64,000 bases of DNA from an uncultured Actinomycetes bacterium (GTDB lineage: Bacteria > Actinomycetota > Acidimicrobiia > IMCC26256 > DASPTH01): the NCBI GenBank assembly GCA_963725775.1, contig CAVRZT010000006.1, forward strand, positions 14,734-78,733, in the 5' to 3' direction. The notes beneath the pieces were generated by a model. That model was not told the origin of the DNA. It saw nothing but the letters and a program-made list of their open reading frames with translations, and made no database searches. The translations under genes were made by a program, and so were the position numbers. Shown here piece after piece: positions 41,516 to 53,414 of this stretch. Numbering within the stretch: position 1 is the first letter of the stretch; every line of letters starts with the position of its first letter.

Positions 41516-42286
41516 TCAGCTCCACACCTTCCACGGCGGTTCGCCGGAGTCCCACAGCCGCTCGAGCAGCTTCTTGTCGCGCAGCGTGTCCATGCACTGC
41601 CAGAACCCGGAGTACTGGTAGGCCATCAACTGGCCGTCCTTCGCGAGCCCCTCGAGCGGTTCGAGCTCGAACTGCGTGTCGTCGCCCTCGATGTAGTCGA
41701 AGATCTCCGGCTCGAGCACGAAGAACGCGCCGTTGATCCAACCCTCGCCGGTCTGGGGCTTCTCCGAGAACTCGACGACCCGCGACCCGTCGAGCTCCAT
41801 GTGCCCGAAGCGGGCCGGCGGCCGGACCGCGGTCATCGTCGCCAGCTTGCCGTGCGACCGGTGGAACGCGAGCAGGTCGTCGAGGTTCAGGTCCGTCACC
41901 CCGTCGCCCCACGTCAGCATGAACGTGCCGTCGTCGAAGTACGGAGCGAGGCGCTTGATCCGTCCGCCGGTCGCCGTGTAGAAGCCGGTGTCGATCAGGT
42001 CGACGGTCCAGTTCTCGCGCTCGCCCTCGTGGAGCTGCACGGCACCGTCGGCGAGCTTCACGGTGAGGTTCGTGGCGAGCGAGCAGTACTCGACCATGTA
42101 CCGCTTGATCACATCGCCCTTGTACCCCAGCGCGACGACGAACTGATCGTGGCCGAAGTGCGCGTAGCACCTCATGATGTGCCAGAGGATCGGCTTGCCG
42201 CCGATCTCGACCATGGGCTTGGGCAGCACCTCGGTCTCCTCGGCCAGGCGCGTGCCGAGACCGCCCGCGAGAATTCCCACCTTCAT
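41516..42286 (-). CDS. rfbF: glucose-1-phosphate cytidylyltransferase
   Basis: Intact 256 aa. Motifs [10 protein letters not shown] and [16 protein letters not shown], with a C-terminal [10 protein letters not shown]. Confidence 0.9.
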   Translation of the reverse strand: MKVGILAGGLGTRLAEETEVLPKPMVEIGGKPILWHIMRCYAHFGHDQFVVALGYKGDVIKRYMVEYCSLATNLTVKLADGAVQLHEGERENWTVDLIDTGFYTATGGRIKRLAPYFDDGTFMLTWGDGVTDLNLDDLLAFHRSHGKLATMTAVRPPARFGHMELDGSRVVEFSEKPQTGEGWINGAFFVLEPEIFDYIEGDDTQFELEPLEGLAKDGQLMAYQYSGFWQCMDTLRDKKLLERLWDSGEPPWKVWS

Positions 42287-42538
42287 CGCACACCTCCCAT
42301 CCTGTACCTCGAAGTCGAGACCATGGCCCGGACCCGCACGAACCGCCCGATGAGCCCGACGAAGTGGTCACGTTACCACGCTTCGCGGCCAATCCTCGAC
42401 GAAACGCGCGCAGCGTGGTTCCCGTTCAGATCGGCGGTGCGGACGCCGACGACAAGGGGAGACACCGAATTGCCATGCCGTGCGAATACCATTTCCTCTC
42501 TGATGGACTGATGGCCGTAGACCGCGCCGGAGCACCCC

Positions 42539-42853
42539 GTGAAGGAACGTCGCTCGAAGCTCGACATGCTCTCCCGGTCGCTGAACCGCGTCGCGCTCGT
42601 GCTCCTCGTCGCCTTCATCGTCTCCGGCATCGGCGCGATCGACTACGTCGCCAGCGAGTTCCCCGACGCCGGCCTGTGGCGCTACTTCACCGCCATCGCC
42701 GATTCGGGGTCGTTCCTCGTCGCCGCGGTGGTGGCCTGGGTGGGCAGCGCGATCATCCAGGCGCTCGCCCGGGTCCGCACCAGCCTGCTCGAGGCGATGA
42801 TCGCCAGCCGCCGCGACCCCGACAACGAGTTCGAGCCGCCTGTCCGCTGGTAG
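42539..42853 (+). CDS. hypothetical small membrane protein
   Basis: GTG 42539. 104 aa with two hydrophobic spans and host-like GC3. Follows a 250-nt lower-GC divergent intergenic region. Confidence 0.5.
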   Translation: MKERRSKLDMLSRSLNRVALVLLVAFIVSGIGAIDYVASEFPDAGLWRYFTAIADSGSFLVAAVVAWVGSAIIQALARVRTSLLEAMIASRRDPDNEFEPPVRW

Positions 42854-43714
42854 CTACCGGTGCTCCGCGGCGGGCGACCACCGCGTGCGGTGGAAGCGCT
42901 CGGTCGGGGCGAGCAGGGCGTCGAGGAAGGCGCCGCCGCCGACGTCGCCGAGGGTCGCCCACCGCGGATCGGGGAGGTACCGGGTCGTCTGCGAGCGGTA
43001 CTCGGCGAGCGCGGCGCGCTTGTCGTCGAGCACCCCGGACACGTCCAGGCAGGTCGAGAACTCGCGGTAGAGGCGTGTCCCGCAGCCGACGGCACGGGTG
43101 GTCTTCAGGATCCGGCGCGCCTCGGGGAGGCGACGCAGCGGCGGCGGCGCGCTCCACCGGCTGAGCGGGAGCGGCACCTTCGGCCAGTGGTACCAGCACC
43201 ACACGGCGTACTCGCTCAGGTCGACCGGGCACCCGTGCTCCTCCAGCGCCTGCCGCGTCACCCGGTTCGCCTCGTGGTGGTCGCGTTGCGGTTCGAGCGC
43301 CGACGGGGTGAACACCTCCTCGGGCGACGTCCGCGCCAGCAGCGTCGTGAGGCCGGCGACCGCGGCCTCACGGTGATCGGCGAGGCGACCCTCGGGCAGG
43401 TCGAGGAAGGACACGCCTGCTTCGGGGACGCCGAGACGAGCCGCAGCCGCTACGGCTTCGGCCCGCCGGATCTCGCCCAGGCGCGCGCCGTCGATCAGCG
43501 CCCCGTGCGACGTCGAGCCGTCCATGAGAAACACGATCGACACCTCGGCGCCCGCGCGTCGCTTCGCCGCGATGGCGCCCCCGCACCCCAATGTCTCGTC
43601 GTCCTGGTGGGGCGAGACGACGAGGGCGGGCCGCGACAGCTCGGCGGCGGGGTACGCGGTGGCGCGCTGGTTCCCCGCGTCGCGAAGGACCTTGTTGACG
43701 GCGCGACGCAGCAC
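42854..43714 (-). CDS. PIG-L/LmbE-family N-deacetylase
   Basis: Intact 286 aa. Motif VVSPHQDDETLGCGG with a later HHEAN. Confidence 0.85.
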   Translation of the reverse strand: MLRRAVNKVLRDAGNQRATAYPAAELSRPALVVSPHQDDETLGCGGAIAAKRRAGAEVSIVFLMDGSTSHGALIDGARLGEIRRAEAVAAAARLGVPEAGVSFLDLPEGRLADHREAAVAGLTTLLARTSPEEVFTPSALEPQRDHHEANRVTRQALEEHGCPVDLSEYAVWCWYHWPKVPLPLSRWSAPPPLRRLPEARRILKTTRAVGCGTRLYREFSTCLDVSGVLDDKRAALAEYRSQTTRYLPDPRWATLGDVGGGAFLDALLAPTERFHRTRWSPAAEHR

Positions 43715-43730
43715 GGGCCTCCCGTCGGCC

Positions 43731-44621
43731 TCAGAGGAACAGCACGCGCCAGCGCACGCTGCCGACGAGCCGACCGATCCGGTACGGGAAGCGCTCCGCG
43801 ACCACGTTCCGGCACCGGCGGCTGACCGCGGCCGCAGGGAGCAGGCCCAGATTGCGGACCCAGTCCTTCCCGACCCGCCGCCAGGAGTCCCGGGGCATCC
43901 CGCGGTCGCGGAAGTCGTGGTAGAGGTGCACCTCGTCCTTCGCGTAGGCGTACCGGCGCTTCACCCGTCCCCACGGTCGGTCACGGAGCCGGTACTCGAT
44001 CTGGGCGTCCGGTGCGAACCCGACGTCGGTGCCCTCGAGCTGGGCCCGCCAGAAGAACTCGACGTCGTCCGACACGTCGAAGTTCTCGGCGAAGCCGCCC
44101 AGGCGTTCGAACGTCTCGCACCGGACCAGGGCGTTGCAGGTCGATCCCGACGGGAGGAACCCCAGCTTACGGGCCAACTGCTGGGGGACGCGCGTCCAAT
44201 ACTCGGGGAGCGGCACGCCCGGGTTGAGCGTCCGGTAGTCGATCGCTCCCGCGACCACCTCGTGGTGTTCCCCCGCCTCGACGAGCGAGGCCAGCCAGTG
44301 GGGCTTGACGATGTCGTCCTGGTCGCAGAAGACGAGATACCGTCCGTGCGCCGCGGCGGCGCCGACGTTACGGGCGTGCGGCGCCCCCCGACGATCGCTG
44401 GCATCCACGACCGTGAGCGCGAGCAGCGTGGCGAAGTGGGCGCAGACGGCCAGGGTCATGGCGTCGCTCGAGCCGTTGTCGGCGACGATCACCTCCCACG
44501 TGCCCAGGAACTGCTGACCGAGGAGCGCGTTGAGCTGTTGCGCGAGGAACGCGCCGCCATTGAGCACCGGGATGATGATCGAGACCAGGACGTCCACGTG
44601 CACCCCCGAGGGTTTCACCAC
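43731..44621 (-). CDS. GT2-family glycosyltransferase
   Basis: Intact 296 aa. Motifs SIIIPVLNG, VADNGSSD and CDQDD. Confidence 0.85.
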   Translation of the reverse strand: MVKPSGVHVDVLVSIIIPVLNGGAFLAQQLNALLGQQFLGTWEVIVADNGSSDAMTLAVCAHFATLLALTVVDASDRRGAPHARNVGAAAAHGRYLVFCDQDDIVKPHWLASLVEAGEHHEVVAGAIDYRTLNPGVPLPEYWTRVPQQLARKLGFLPSGSTCNALVRCETFERLGGFAENFDVSDDVEFFWRAQLEGTDVGFAPDAQIEYRLRDRPWGRVKRRYAYAKDEVHLYHDFRDRGMPRDSWRRVGKDWVRNLGLLPAAAVSRRCRNVVAERFPYRIGRLVGSVRWRVLFL

Positions 44622-44741
44622 CCAGAAGACCGCCCAGGCTGAGTGTGGACGGCAATGGTACCCCTGATCGGTGGTCCCTTCGCGCGGAACGTGCCCGACC
44701 CACGCAAATTGCAGCGCAGAGTGGCGGCGACGGCCCGGCCG

Positions 44742-45869
44742 TCAGGGACGTGCGGTCTCCAGCACCCCCGCCGCCACTCGATCGACGTCGGCGTCGCTCA
44801 TGGCCGAGCCGCTCGGGAGGCAGACCCCGGTGCGGAAGATGGTCTCGGCGACCGCGCCACCCCGGACGGGGGCGTCCCGGAACAACGGCTGGCAGTGCAT
44901 CGGCTTCCAGGCGGGGCGGGCCTCGATGTCGAGGGTGTCCAGGTGGCGGCAGATCGCACCCGACGACGCGCCGAACTCCTCGGCGTCGACCGTGGCCACG
45001 GTGAGCCAGTTGGTGGGTCGGCCGCGGGGGTCGTCCGGCATGAACCCGATCCCGGGCGTCGATCCCAGCCGCTCGCGGTAGCGGCGGTTGATCTCCCGCC
45101 GCCGCTCGATCCGGGCCGGGAGCGCGCGGAGCTGGGCCCGGCCCACCGCAGCGAGCAGGTTGCTCATCCGGTAGTTGTACCCGGTCTCGCTGTGCTCGTA
45201 GTGGAGCGCGTCGTCGCGGGCCTGCGTGCTCAGGAACCGAGCGCGAGCGATGAGCGCGGGGTCGTGCGCCACCAGCATGCCGCCGCCGCTCGTGGTCATG
45301 ATCTTGTTCCCGTTGAACGAGAACACCCCGAGCGCGCCGAACGACCCGGCGGCGCGGTCGCGGTAGGTCGCGCCCAGCGCCTCGGCCGCGTCCTCGATCA
45401 CGGGGACCTCGTACCGTGCGCAGCACTCGAGGAGGGCGTCCCAGTCCGCGCACTGGCCGTAGAGGTCGACCGCCAGCACCGCGGCCGGGAGCCGGCCCGC
45501 ATTCGCCCGCTCGCGCAGCTCCTCCTCGACCAGGTTCGGGTCGAGGTTCCACGTCGCCTCGTCACTGTCGACGAACACCGGTCGCGCACCCACGTACCCC
45601 ACCGCGTTCGCAGTCGCCACGAAGGTGAGCGTGGGAACCAGCACGTCGTCGCCCGGACCCACATCCGTCAGCAACAGCGCGAGGTGCAGCGCCGCGGTGC
45701 CGCTGGAGAGCGCCGCGGCCGACGGCACGCCGACGAACGCCGCGAGCTCCTCCTCGAACCCGTCCACGTGCGGGCCGAGCGGCGCGATCCAGTTCGAGTC
45801 GAACGCGTCGAGCAGGAACGACCGTTCCTCGTCGGCGACGTGCGGAGGGGAGAGGAAGAGCCGGGCCAC
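44742..45869 (-). CDS. DegT/DnrJ/EryC1/StrS-family PLP-dependent sugar aminotransferase
   Basis: Intact 375 aa. Motifs SSGTAALHLAL and FSFNGNKIMTTSGGGML (PLP lysine). Confidence 0.9.
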   Translation of the reverse strand: MARLFLSPPHVADEERSFLLDAFDSNWIAPLGPHVDGFEEELAAFVGVPSAAALSSGTAALHLALLLTDVGPGDDVLVPTLTFVATANAVGYVGARPVFVDSDEATWNLDPNLVEEELRERANAGRLPAAVLAVDLYGQCADWDALLECCARYEVPVIEDAAEALGATYRDRAAGSFGALGVFSFNGNKIMTTSGGGMLVAHDPALIARARFLSTQARDDALHYEHSETGYNYRMSNLLAAVGRAQLRALPARIERRREINRRYRERLGSTPGIGFMPDDPRGRPTNWLTVATVDAEEFGASSGAICRHLDTLDIEARPAWKPMHCQPLFRDAPVRGGAVAETIFRTGVCLPSGSAMSDADVDRVAAGVLETARP

Positions 45870-45981
45870 CGCAGCACGCTACCAACCGCCGCTGATCCGA
45901 CTTGCCGCCTCCGGCACACTAAATTTCCCCAGCCACCCCGGTGCGCGGGCAGACGCGCGCGCCGCCCACCCGGAGGACCTC

Positions 45982-47538
45982 TTGCCCGACCGCACGCCGG
46001 ACCCTGCGGACGGCGAGCACCAGCGGTACACGCTCCCGAACGAGTACGGGCCCGCTCGCTCCCCCCAGCCGGACGACCTCGATCTCTTCGACGACGTCAC
46101 CCCCGCGGTGACGGTGCAGCGCGACGCGGTCCCGCCGCGCGTCGATCCGGTCGCGCCCGTCGCGGCCGCGGCAACCGTCGCGGCCCCGGTGGTCACGGCG
46201 CCGCCGCCGGATGCGCCGCCGGCCGGTGACCCCGTGACGAACGGCGGTGGTGCACCGCGGTCGCGCCGCCAGATCCGTGAGCAGCGCGAGCGCGAGCAGG
46301 CCGCGAAGACGTCGACCAAGAAGCACCAGCCCCGTTCGAAGCGGTCGAAGTGGATCCGGCGCGGCGTCGCCATCGCCGTCGTCATCCTGCTGATCCCGGT
46401 GGCGGTGTCGTACGTCGACTACCTGCAGCGCCCCGGCAGCGACACGATCTCGGTGAAGACGGTCGAGTGGATCCGTGACCACGGCGGCAACGGCGTCGTC
46501 AACACCATCGAACGCTGGTGGTACACGAACAACCCGCCGCCCACCGGCGGCAAGCCCAGCGCGATCAAGGTGCAGGACACCGTCACCGAGACCACCGGGA
46601 AGAAGGGCAACGCGCCCATCGTCTACCCGGAGATCCAGCGGCTCCCCCCGCCGACGGTGCGCGTCGCCACCCCTGCCACCGAGGTGGAGCCCAACGAGGG
46701 CGTGTGGCAGCCGACCGGGCGGCTCGTGTCGGGCCAGCCGGCCGTCTACACGACGTACGTGCGCCCCGACGCGGTGCACACCTCGTACTACACCGCCCTC
46801 ATGTGGCTCGACACGAAACTGCTGCGGGCGAACTACATCGTCGGGTTGGAGCAGCCCGGGGGCAACGGGCCCAACCCGTGGGGCTCGCAGATCCCCGAGT
46901 CGGAGCGCGGCAACACGATCGCCGCGTTCAACTCCGGCTTCAAGATGGACTCCGCCAACGGCGGCGCGTACCTCGACGGCGTGACGATGGTTCCGTTGCG
47001 CGACGGGTCGGCGACGCTCATCATCCGGCAGGACGGCAGCGCGGACGTCGGCGTGTGGGGACGTGACTTCACCATGACCCCCGACATCAAGGCCGTGCGC
47101 CAGAACCTGGCGCCGATCGTCGACAACGGCCAGCTCAACCCCGAGCTGCGCGAGGACGACACCACCGCGTTCGGCGCGACGCTCGGCAACAACGTCTACG
47201 TCTGGCGATCGGGGGTCGGGGTCACGGCCGACGGCGCGCTCGTGTACGCCGGCGGTCCGTCGCTGTCGGTCGTCGCGCTGGCGCGCACGTTGCAGTCGGC
47301 GGGTGCGGTGCGAGCCATGGAGATGGACATCAACACCGACTGGGTGAGCGCGTTCACCTACGTGCCCCAGGACCCGAACGTGCTCAACTCACCGATCATC
47401 GGCGTGAAGCTCCTCGACAACATGTCGCACGACGGGAGCCAGTACCTCCAACAGAACTCGCGCGACTTCTTCGCCTTCACCGCCGACGCCAAGGTCGTCG
47501 CCCCCACCCCGACGACCACCACGACCAAGAAGAAGTAG
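45982..47538 (+). CDS. membrane-anchored phosphodiester glycosidase family protein (NAGPA/DUF2233-like)
   Basis: In-frame TTG 45982 in ORF 45625..47538 (start uncertain). Pro/Ala-rich N-terminus, basic stretch, one TM (GVAIAVVILLIPVAV), then a catalytic-like domain (AAFNSGF, GVGVTADG). A TAAATT hexamer lies at 45920. Confidence 0.7.
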   Translation: MPDRTPDPADGEHQRYTLPNEYGPARSPQPDDLDLFDDVTPAVTVQRDAVPPRVDPVAPVAAAATVAAPVVTAPPPDAPPAGDPVTNGGGAPRSRRQIREQREREQAAKTSTKKHQPRSKRSKWIRRGVAIAVVILLIPVAVSYVDYLQRPGSDTISVKTVEWIRDHGGNGVVNTIERWWYTNNPPPTGGKPSAIKVQDTVTETTGKKGNAPIVYPEIQRLPPPTVRVATPATEVEPNEGVWQPTGRLVSGQPAVYTTYVRPDAVHTSYYTALMWLDTKLLRANYIVGLEQPGGNGPNPWGSQIPESERGNTIAAFNSGFKMDSANGGAYLDGVTMVPLRDGSATLIIRQDGSADVGVWGRDFTMTPDIKAVRQNLAPIVDNGQLNPELREDDTTAFGATLGNNVYVWRSGVGVTADGALVYAGGPSLSVVALARTLQSAGAVRAMEMDINTDWVSAFTYVPQDPNVLNSPIIGVKLLDNMSHDGSQYLQQNSRDFFAFTADAKVVAPTPTTTTTKKK

Positions 47539-47634
47539 CGCCGCCCGGCACCTCGTCGTGGCTTCACTCGTGCGCTTCTCAGGAGTCTCGACCATGGCGC
47601 GAGCAAAGCGCGCGGGTATGACACTGATCGTTCC

Positions 47635-48031
47635 TCAGCGCGGATCGAGGTCGAGGCTGGCGGAGTTCATGCAGTAGCGCTGGCCGGTCGGGCCGGGGCC
47701 GTCGGGGAACACGTGACCGAGGTGGCCGCCGCACCGCCGGCAGACGACCTCCTCGCGCACCATACCGTGGCTGCGGTCGACGATGACCTCGACGGCGTCG
47801 GCCACCATCGGCTCGGTGAAGCTCGGCCAGCCGGTGCCCGACTCGAACTTGGTCGACGCGTCGAACAGCTCGGCGCCACAGCCGGCGCAGCGGTACACGC
47901 CGTCGTCGTGACAGTCCCAGTACTTGCCGGTGAACGCCCGCTCGGTGCCCGCCTGGCGCAGCACCTGGTACTGCTCCGGGCTCAGCTCCTCGCGCCACTC
48001 GCTCGTCCGTCTTCTCGATGCGATCCGTCAT
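47635..48031 (-). CDS. msrB: peptide-methionine (R)-S-oxide reductase (one frame break near 47998)
   Basis: Motifs [21 protein letters not shown] and RYCMNS. The N-terminal [10 protein letters not shown] is in the ORF 47579..48061 frame, displaced by an extra C. Confidence 0.85.
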
Positions 48032-48420
48032 GTCTGCTCCTCGGGCAGGTACACCCAGCACTCGATCTCCACCAATGCAGCCGCGGGCAGTGCCGCGACG
48101 CCGACGGTGGTGCGCGCGGGCCGGTGGGCCCCGATCGCGCCCTCGTACAACGCATTGACCGTCGCGAAGTTCCCGAGATCGGTGAGGAAGATCATGGTCC
48201 GGGCGACGTCGCCCCAGTCGGCCCCGAGGTCGCCGAGCACCGCGACGATGTTGGCCAGCACCTGGGCGGTCTGGGCCTCGATCCCCCCGGCCACGAGCTG
48301 GCCGTCGGCGGCGATGCCGATCTGCCCGGCCATCACCACGAAGTCGCCCGCCCGCACCGCGGGCGAGTACGGGCCCGCCACCGGCGGCGCGCTCGGCGTG
48401 GCGAGCGGGTGGACGCTCAT
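48028..48420 (-). CDS. RidA/YjgF-family reactive-intermediate deaminase
   Basis: ATG 48420. 130 aa reading ..[39 protein letters not shown] overlaps at both ends. Confidence 0.85.
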   Translation of the reverse strand: MSVHPLATPSAPPVAGPYSPAVRAGDFVVMAGQIGIAADGQLVAGGIEAQTAQVLANIVAVLGDLGADWGDVARTMIFLTDLGNFATVNALYEGAIGAHRPARTTVGVAALPAAALVEIECWVYLPEEQT

Positions 48421-49829
48421 GCTCCCGCGCCGCTGAGACCGTCGACGGTCGGGTCGTGCCAGCGGTCGGGGTCGGTGATGAGGCGGTCCTGCTCCTCCGG
48501 CCCCCACGTGTGGATCTGGTACGGGTACGCGGGGCCGTGGTCGGTGAGCACGTTGTCGACGACCCGCCACGACGCCTCGACCCCGTCTTCCCGGGCGAAC
48601 AGCAGCGTCTCGCCGTCGAGCGCGTCGCCGAGCAGCCGCTCGTAGGCCGACGCCTCGCCGGGGTGGTCGTTGCACAGGTACAGCTCGACGTTGTCGCCCA
48701 TGAAGCCGTCGCCCGCGGCCTTCACCCGCACGCCGGCGGCGATCGAGATGCGCGGGTTGAGCTGGAAGCGGAAGTAGTTGGTGTCGTGCGGGGTCTGCTC
48801 GTACTCGGCGAACACCGCCGCCGGCGGACGGTGCAGCTCGACCCGCACCTCGGTGCACGTGACCGGCAGGTTCTTGCCGGCGCGGATGTAGAAGGGCACG
48901 CCCGCCCAGCGCCACGAGTCGATGTGCACACGCACCGCGGCGAACGTCTCGACGTCGGAGTCGGGCGCGACGCCGTCTTCGTCGCGGTAGCCCTCGAACT
49001 GACCGCGCACGATGTCGTCGGGCTTGAGCGTCTCCATCGCGGCGAAGATGCGCTCCTTGCCGTCGCGCAGCTCCTCGACACCGGGCCCGACCGGCGGCTC
49101 CATCGCCAGCAGGCCGACCGTCTGGAACAGGTGGTTCTCGATGACGTCGCGCAGCGCGCCGACCTCCTCGTAGAACTTGCCGCGGCCCTGCACGCCGAAG
49201 TCTTCCGCCATGGTGATCTGCACCTGGCGCACGTAGTTGCGGTTCCAGATCGGCTCGAGGAACGAGTTGGCGAACCGGAAGTAGATGATGTTCTGGATCG
49301 CCTCCTTCCCCAGGTAGTGGTCGATCCGGAAGATGTTCTTCTCGGGGAACACCGAGTGGAGGACGTGGTTGAGCTCCTCGGCCGACGCGAGGTCGCGCCC
49401 GAACGGCTTCTCGATGATGACGCGGGCGTTGTCGGCGCAGCCCGACGCTGCCGAGGCCCTCGACGACCGTCTCGAACATGCTCGGCGGGATGGCGAGGTA
49501 GTGCGCGGGGCGCTTGCAGTCGCCGATCGCCTTCTTGAGCTCGGTGAACGTCGACGCGTCGTTGTAGTTGCCGTCGACGTACTTCATGAGGCCGGTGAGC
49601 GTGTCGAACGCGCCTTCGTCGTCGACGCCGCCGCCGTACTCGGTGATGCTGTCGCGGGCGCGGTCTTGAGGTCGTCGACCGTCCACTGCGACGACGCCAC
49701 GCCGATGACGGGCACGTCAAGCTCGCCCTTCTTCACCATCGCGTAGAGCGCGGGGAAGATCTTCTTGTGGGCGAGGTCGCCCGACATCCCGAAGAAGACG
49801 AGCGCGTCGGAGGGATCGGTGGCGGGCAT
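48417..49829 (-). CDS. zwf: glucose-6-phosphate dehydrogenase (two frame breaks, ~49660 and ~49440)
   Basis: [15 protein letters not shown] (ORF 49584..49829), [10 protein letters not shown] and RIDHYLGKE (ORF 48417..49352 frame). The middle part is in the ORF 48028..49686 frame. Confidence 0.85.
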
Positions 49830-50844
49830 CTACTTCGCCTTCTCGTCGTGGCCGCCGAACTCCTTGCGCATGGCGGAGAGGAGCCGGTCGGCGAAGTCGG
49901 CGCCGTCGCGCGACGTGAACCGGGCGTAGAGCGCGGCGCTGAGCACGTCGGCGGGGACGCCTTCGTCGACCGCGGCGTGGATGGTCCAGCGGCCCTCGCC
50001 GCTGTCGGACACACGACCCTCGAAGTCCGACAGGTCGTGGTTCTGCGACAGCGCGTGCGCGGTGAGGTCGAGCAGCCAGCTGGCCACGACGCTGCCGCGC
50101 CGCCACACCTCGGCGACGGCCGGGATGTCGAGGTCGTACTGGTAGTACTGCGGATCGCGCAGCGGCGCGGTCTCGGCGTCGGCCTGGTGCTCCTGGGTGC
50201 CGACATCGGCGTGGTGGAGGATGTTGAGACCCTCGGCGTAGCTCGCCATGATCCCGTACTCGATCCCGTTGTGGACCATCTTCACGAAGTGACCGGCGCC
50301 GTTGGGACCGCAGTGCAGGTAGCCGTTCTCGGCGGTCGACGGGTCGCCGGTGAGCCCGGGGGTGCGTTCGGCGGTGTCGACGCCGGGGGCGATGGTCTTG
50401 AAGATGGGGTCGAGATGGGTGACCACGTCGTCCTCCCCGCCGATCATGAGGCAGAAGCCGCGCTCGAGGCCGAACACGCCGCCGCTGGTGCCGACGTCGA
50501 CGTAGTGGATGCCCTGCGGCTCGAGGCGGGCGGCGCGGTCGATGTCGTCGCGGTAGTAGGAGTTGCCGCCGTCGATGATGATGTCGCCGGGCTCGAGGTG
50601 GTCGACCAGCTTGTCGATGGTGTCGTCGACGAACGCGGCGGGGACCATGATCCAGATCGCCCGGGGCTGTTCGAGCGCGGCGACGAACTCCTCGATGGTG
50701 AACGCGCCGGTGGCCCCTTCGCCGGCGAGCTGCTCGACCGGCTCCTTGCTCACGTCGTAGGCGACGCACGTCGTGGCCGTCGCGCATCAGGCGGCGCACG
50801 AGGTTGGCGCCCATGCGGCCGAGGCCGATCATCCCGAGTTGCAT
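49830..50844 (-). CDS. gnd: 6-phosphogluconate dehydrogenase, short decarboxylating type (one frame break near 50765)
   Basis: MIGLGRMGANL at the N-terminus (ORF 49717..50844 frame). The rest, with GNSYYRDD and HFVKMVHNGIEYG, is in ORF 49830..50753. Confidence 0.85.
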
Positions 50845-50885
50845 CCTGCTCCCTTTCGTCGGACCCCCAGCTTGTCAGGCGCCGT

Positions 50886-51673
50886 CTACACCTTGAGACA
50901 CAAGGTGAAGCGCTGCACCGGCAGGAAGCCCATCTTCACGAAGCCGGGCCTCGAGTAGTCGCTCGTGAACGCGACGGACGGTTGGTCGGGGGCTTCGTTC
51001 ACCCGAGCCCAGACGAGGGCCGACCACACGCCGCGTCGTCGTCCGGTGTCGAGGGTGGCGGCGAAGCAGAGGTTGACGACGCCGTGGGCGTTCAGCGCGG
51101 CGGCGGCCGACGCGGGTTCGCCGTCGACCAGACCCACGCGGAGGCTGACCGGCGAGTCGAGGAGGGCGTCGGGGAACACCGCGCCGGGTGGGGCGTCCTT
51201 GGCCTCGTCGATCGGGTAGCCCTCGATGGCGATGCGTTCGAGCGCGCGCAGGTCGTCGGGGGACGTGACGTCGCGCACGTCGACACCCTCGCGGGTGGTC
51301 GCGGTGACCGGGCCGGGGGCGCGCACCACGAACATGGGGTGGCCGGCGAGGTTCCAGCCGCGGGCCGACAGGTCCGGGAGCGGCCAGACCGAGAGGAGGA
51401 GCTTGGGGCGCCCGGCCGCCTCGGCGTAGAACTCGTCGATGCGGTCGAGCACGGCGTCGGCGGGATCGGTGACCGGACGCAGGAGCACCGCCATGTTGCT
51501 GTAGGCGACGGGGCCACCGCTGTCGACGGTGACGACGTCGTCGTCGGCGGCGTGGCGGGCGGCGGGGCCCGAGGCCATGGCCCGCACGACGTCGGCCTGG
51601 TTGAACACGAATCGGCGGAGGACGGAGTCGTCGATCGGTTCGCTGGCACCCCACCCGGTGGCGAGCGGCTCGT

Positions 51674-51677
<4 letters not shown>
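50886..51677 (-). CDS. GNAT-family acetyltransferase
   Basis: Intact 263 aa with a GTG start (GTGA overlap with the pgi stop). C-terminal GNAT core ..[15 protein letters not shown]... Confidence 0.6.
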
Positions 51678-53283
<1,606 letters not shown>

Positions 53284-53332
53284 CCGGGGAGCCTACGACC
53301 GTTGCAGGGACAGTGTCTCCGACCGTATCGGT

Positions 53333-53403
53333 TCATCTGTTCCTAGGGGCCGATGAGTACCGGGACGCCGGCGGATCCGCTCATCTGTTCCTAGGGACCG
53401 ATG
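53333..53403. repeat. two 23-bp direct repeats TCATCTGTTCCTAGGG(G/A)CCGATG upstream of pgi
   Basis: Read directly: 53333-53355 and 53381-53403 match at 22 of 23 positions, 48 nt centre to centre. Each contains the CCTAGG palindrome. Confidence 0.85.
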
Positions 53404-53414
53404 CACGCACGGAG

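Noticed and set aside
47539-47634. Rho-independent terminator between the convergent glycosidase and msrB genes.
   Set aside because: Only a 5-bp GCGCG/CGCGC stem with a 7-nt loop and no T-tract was found. That is too weak to call.
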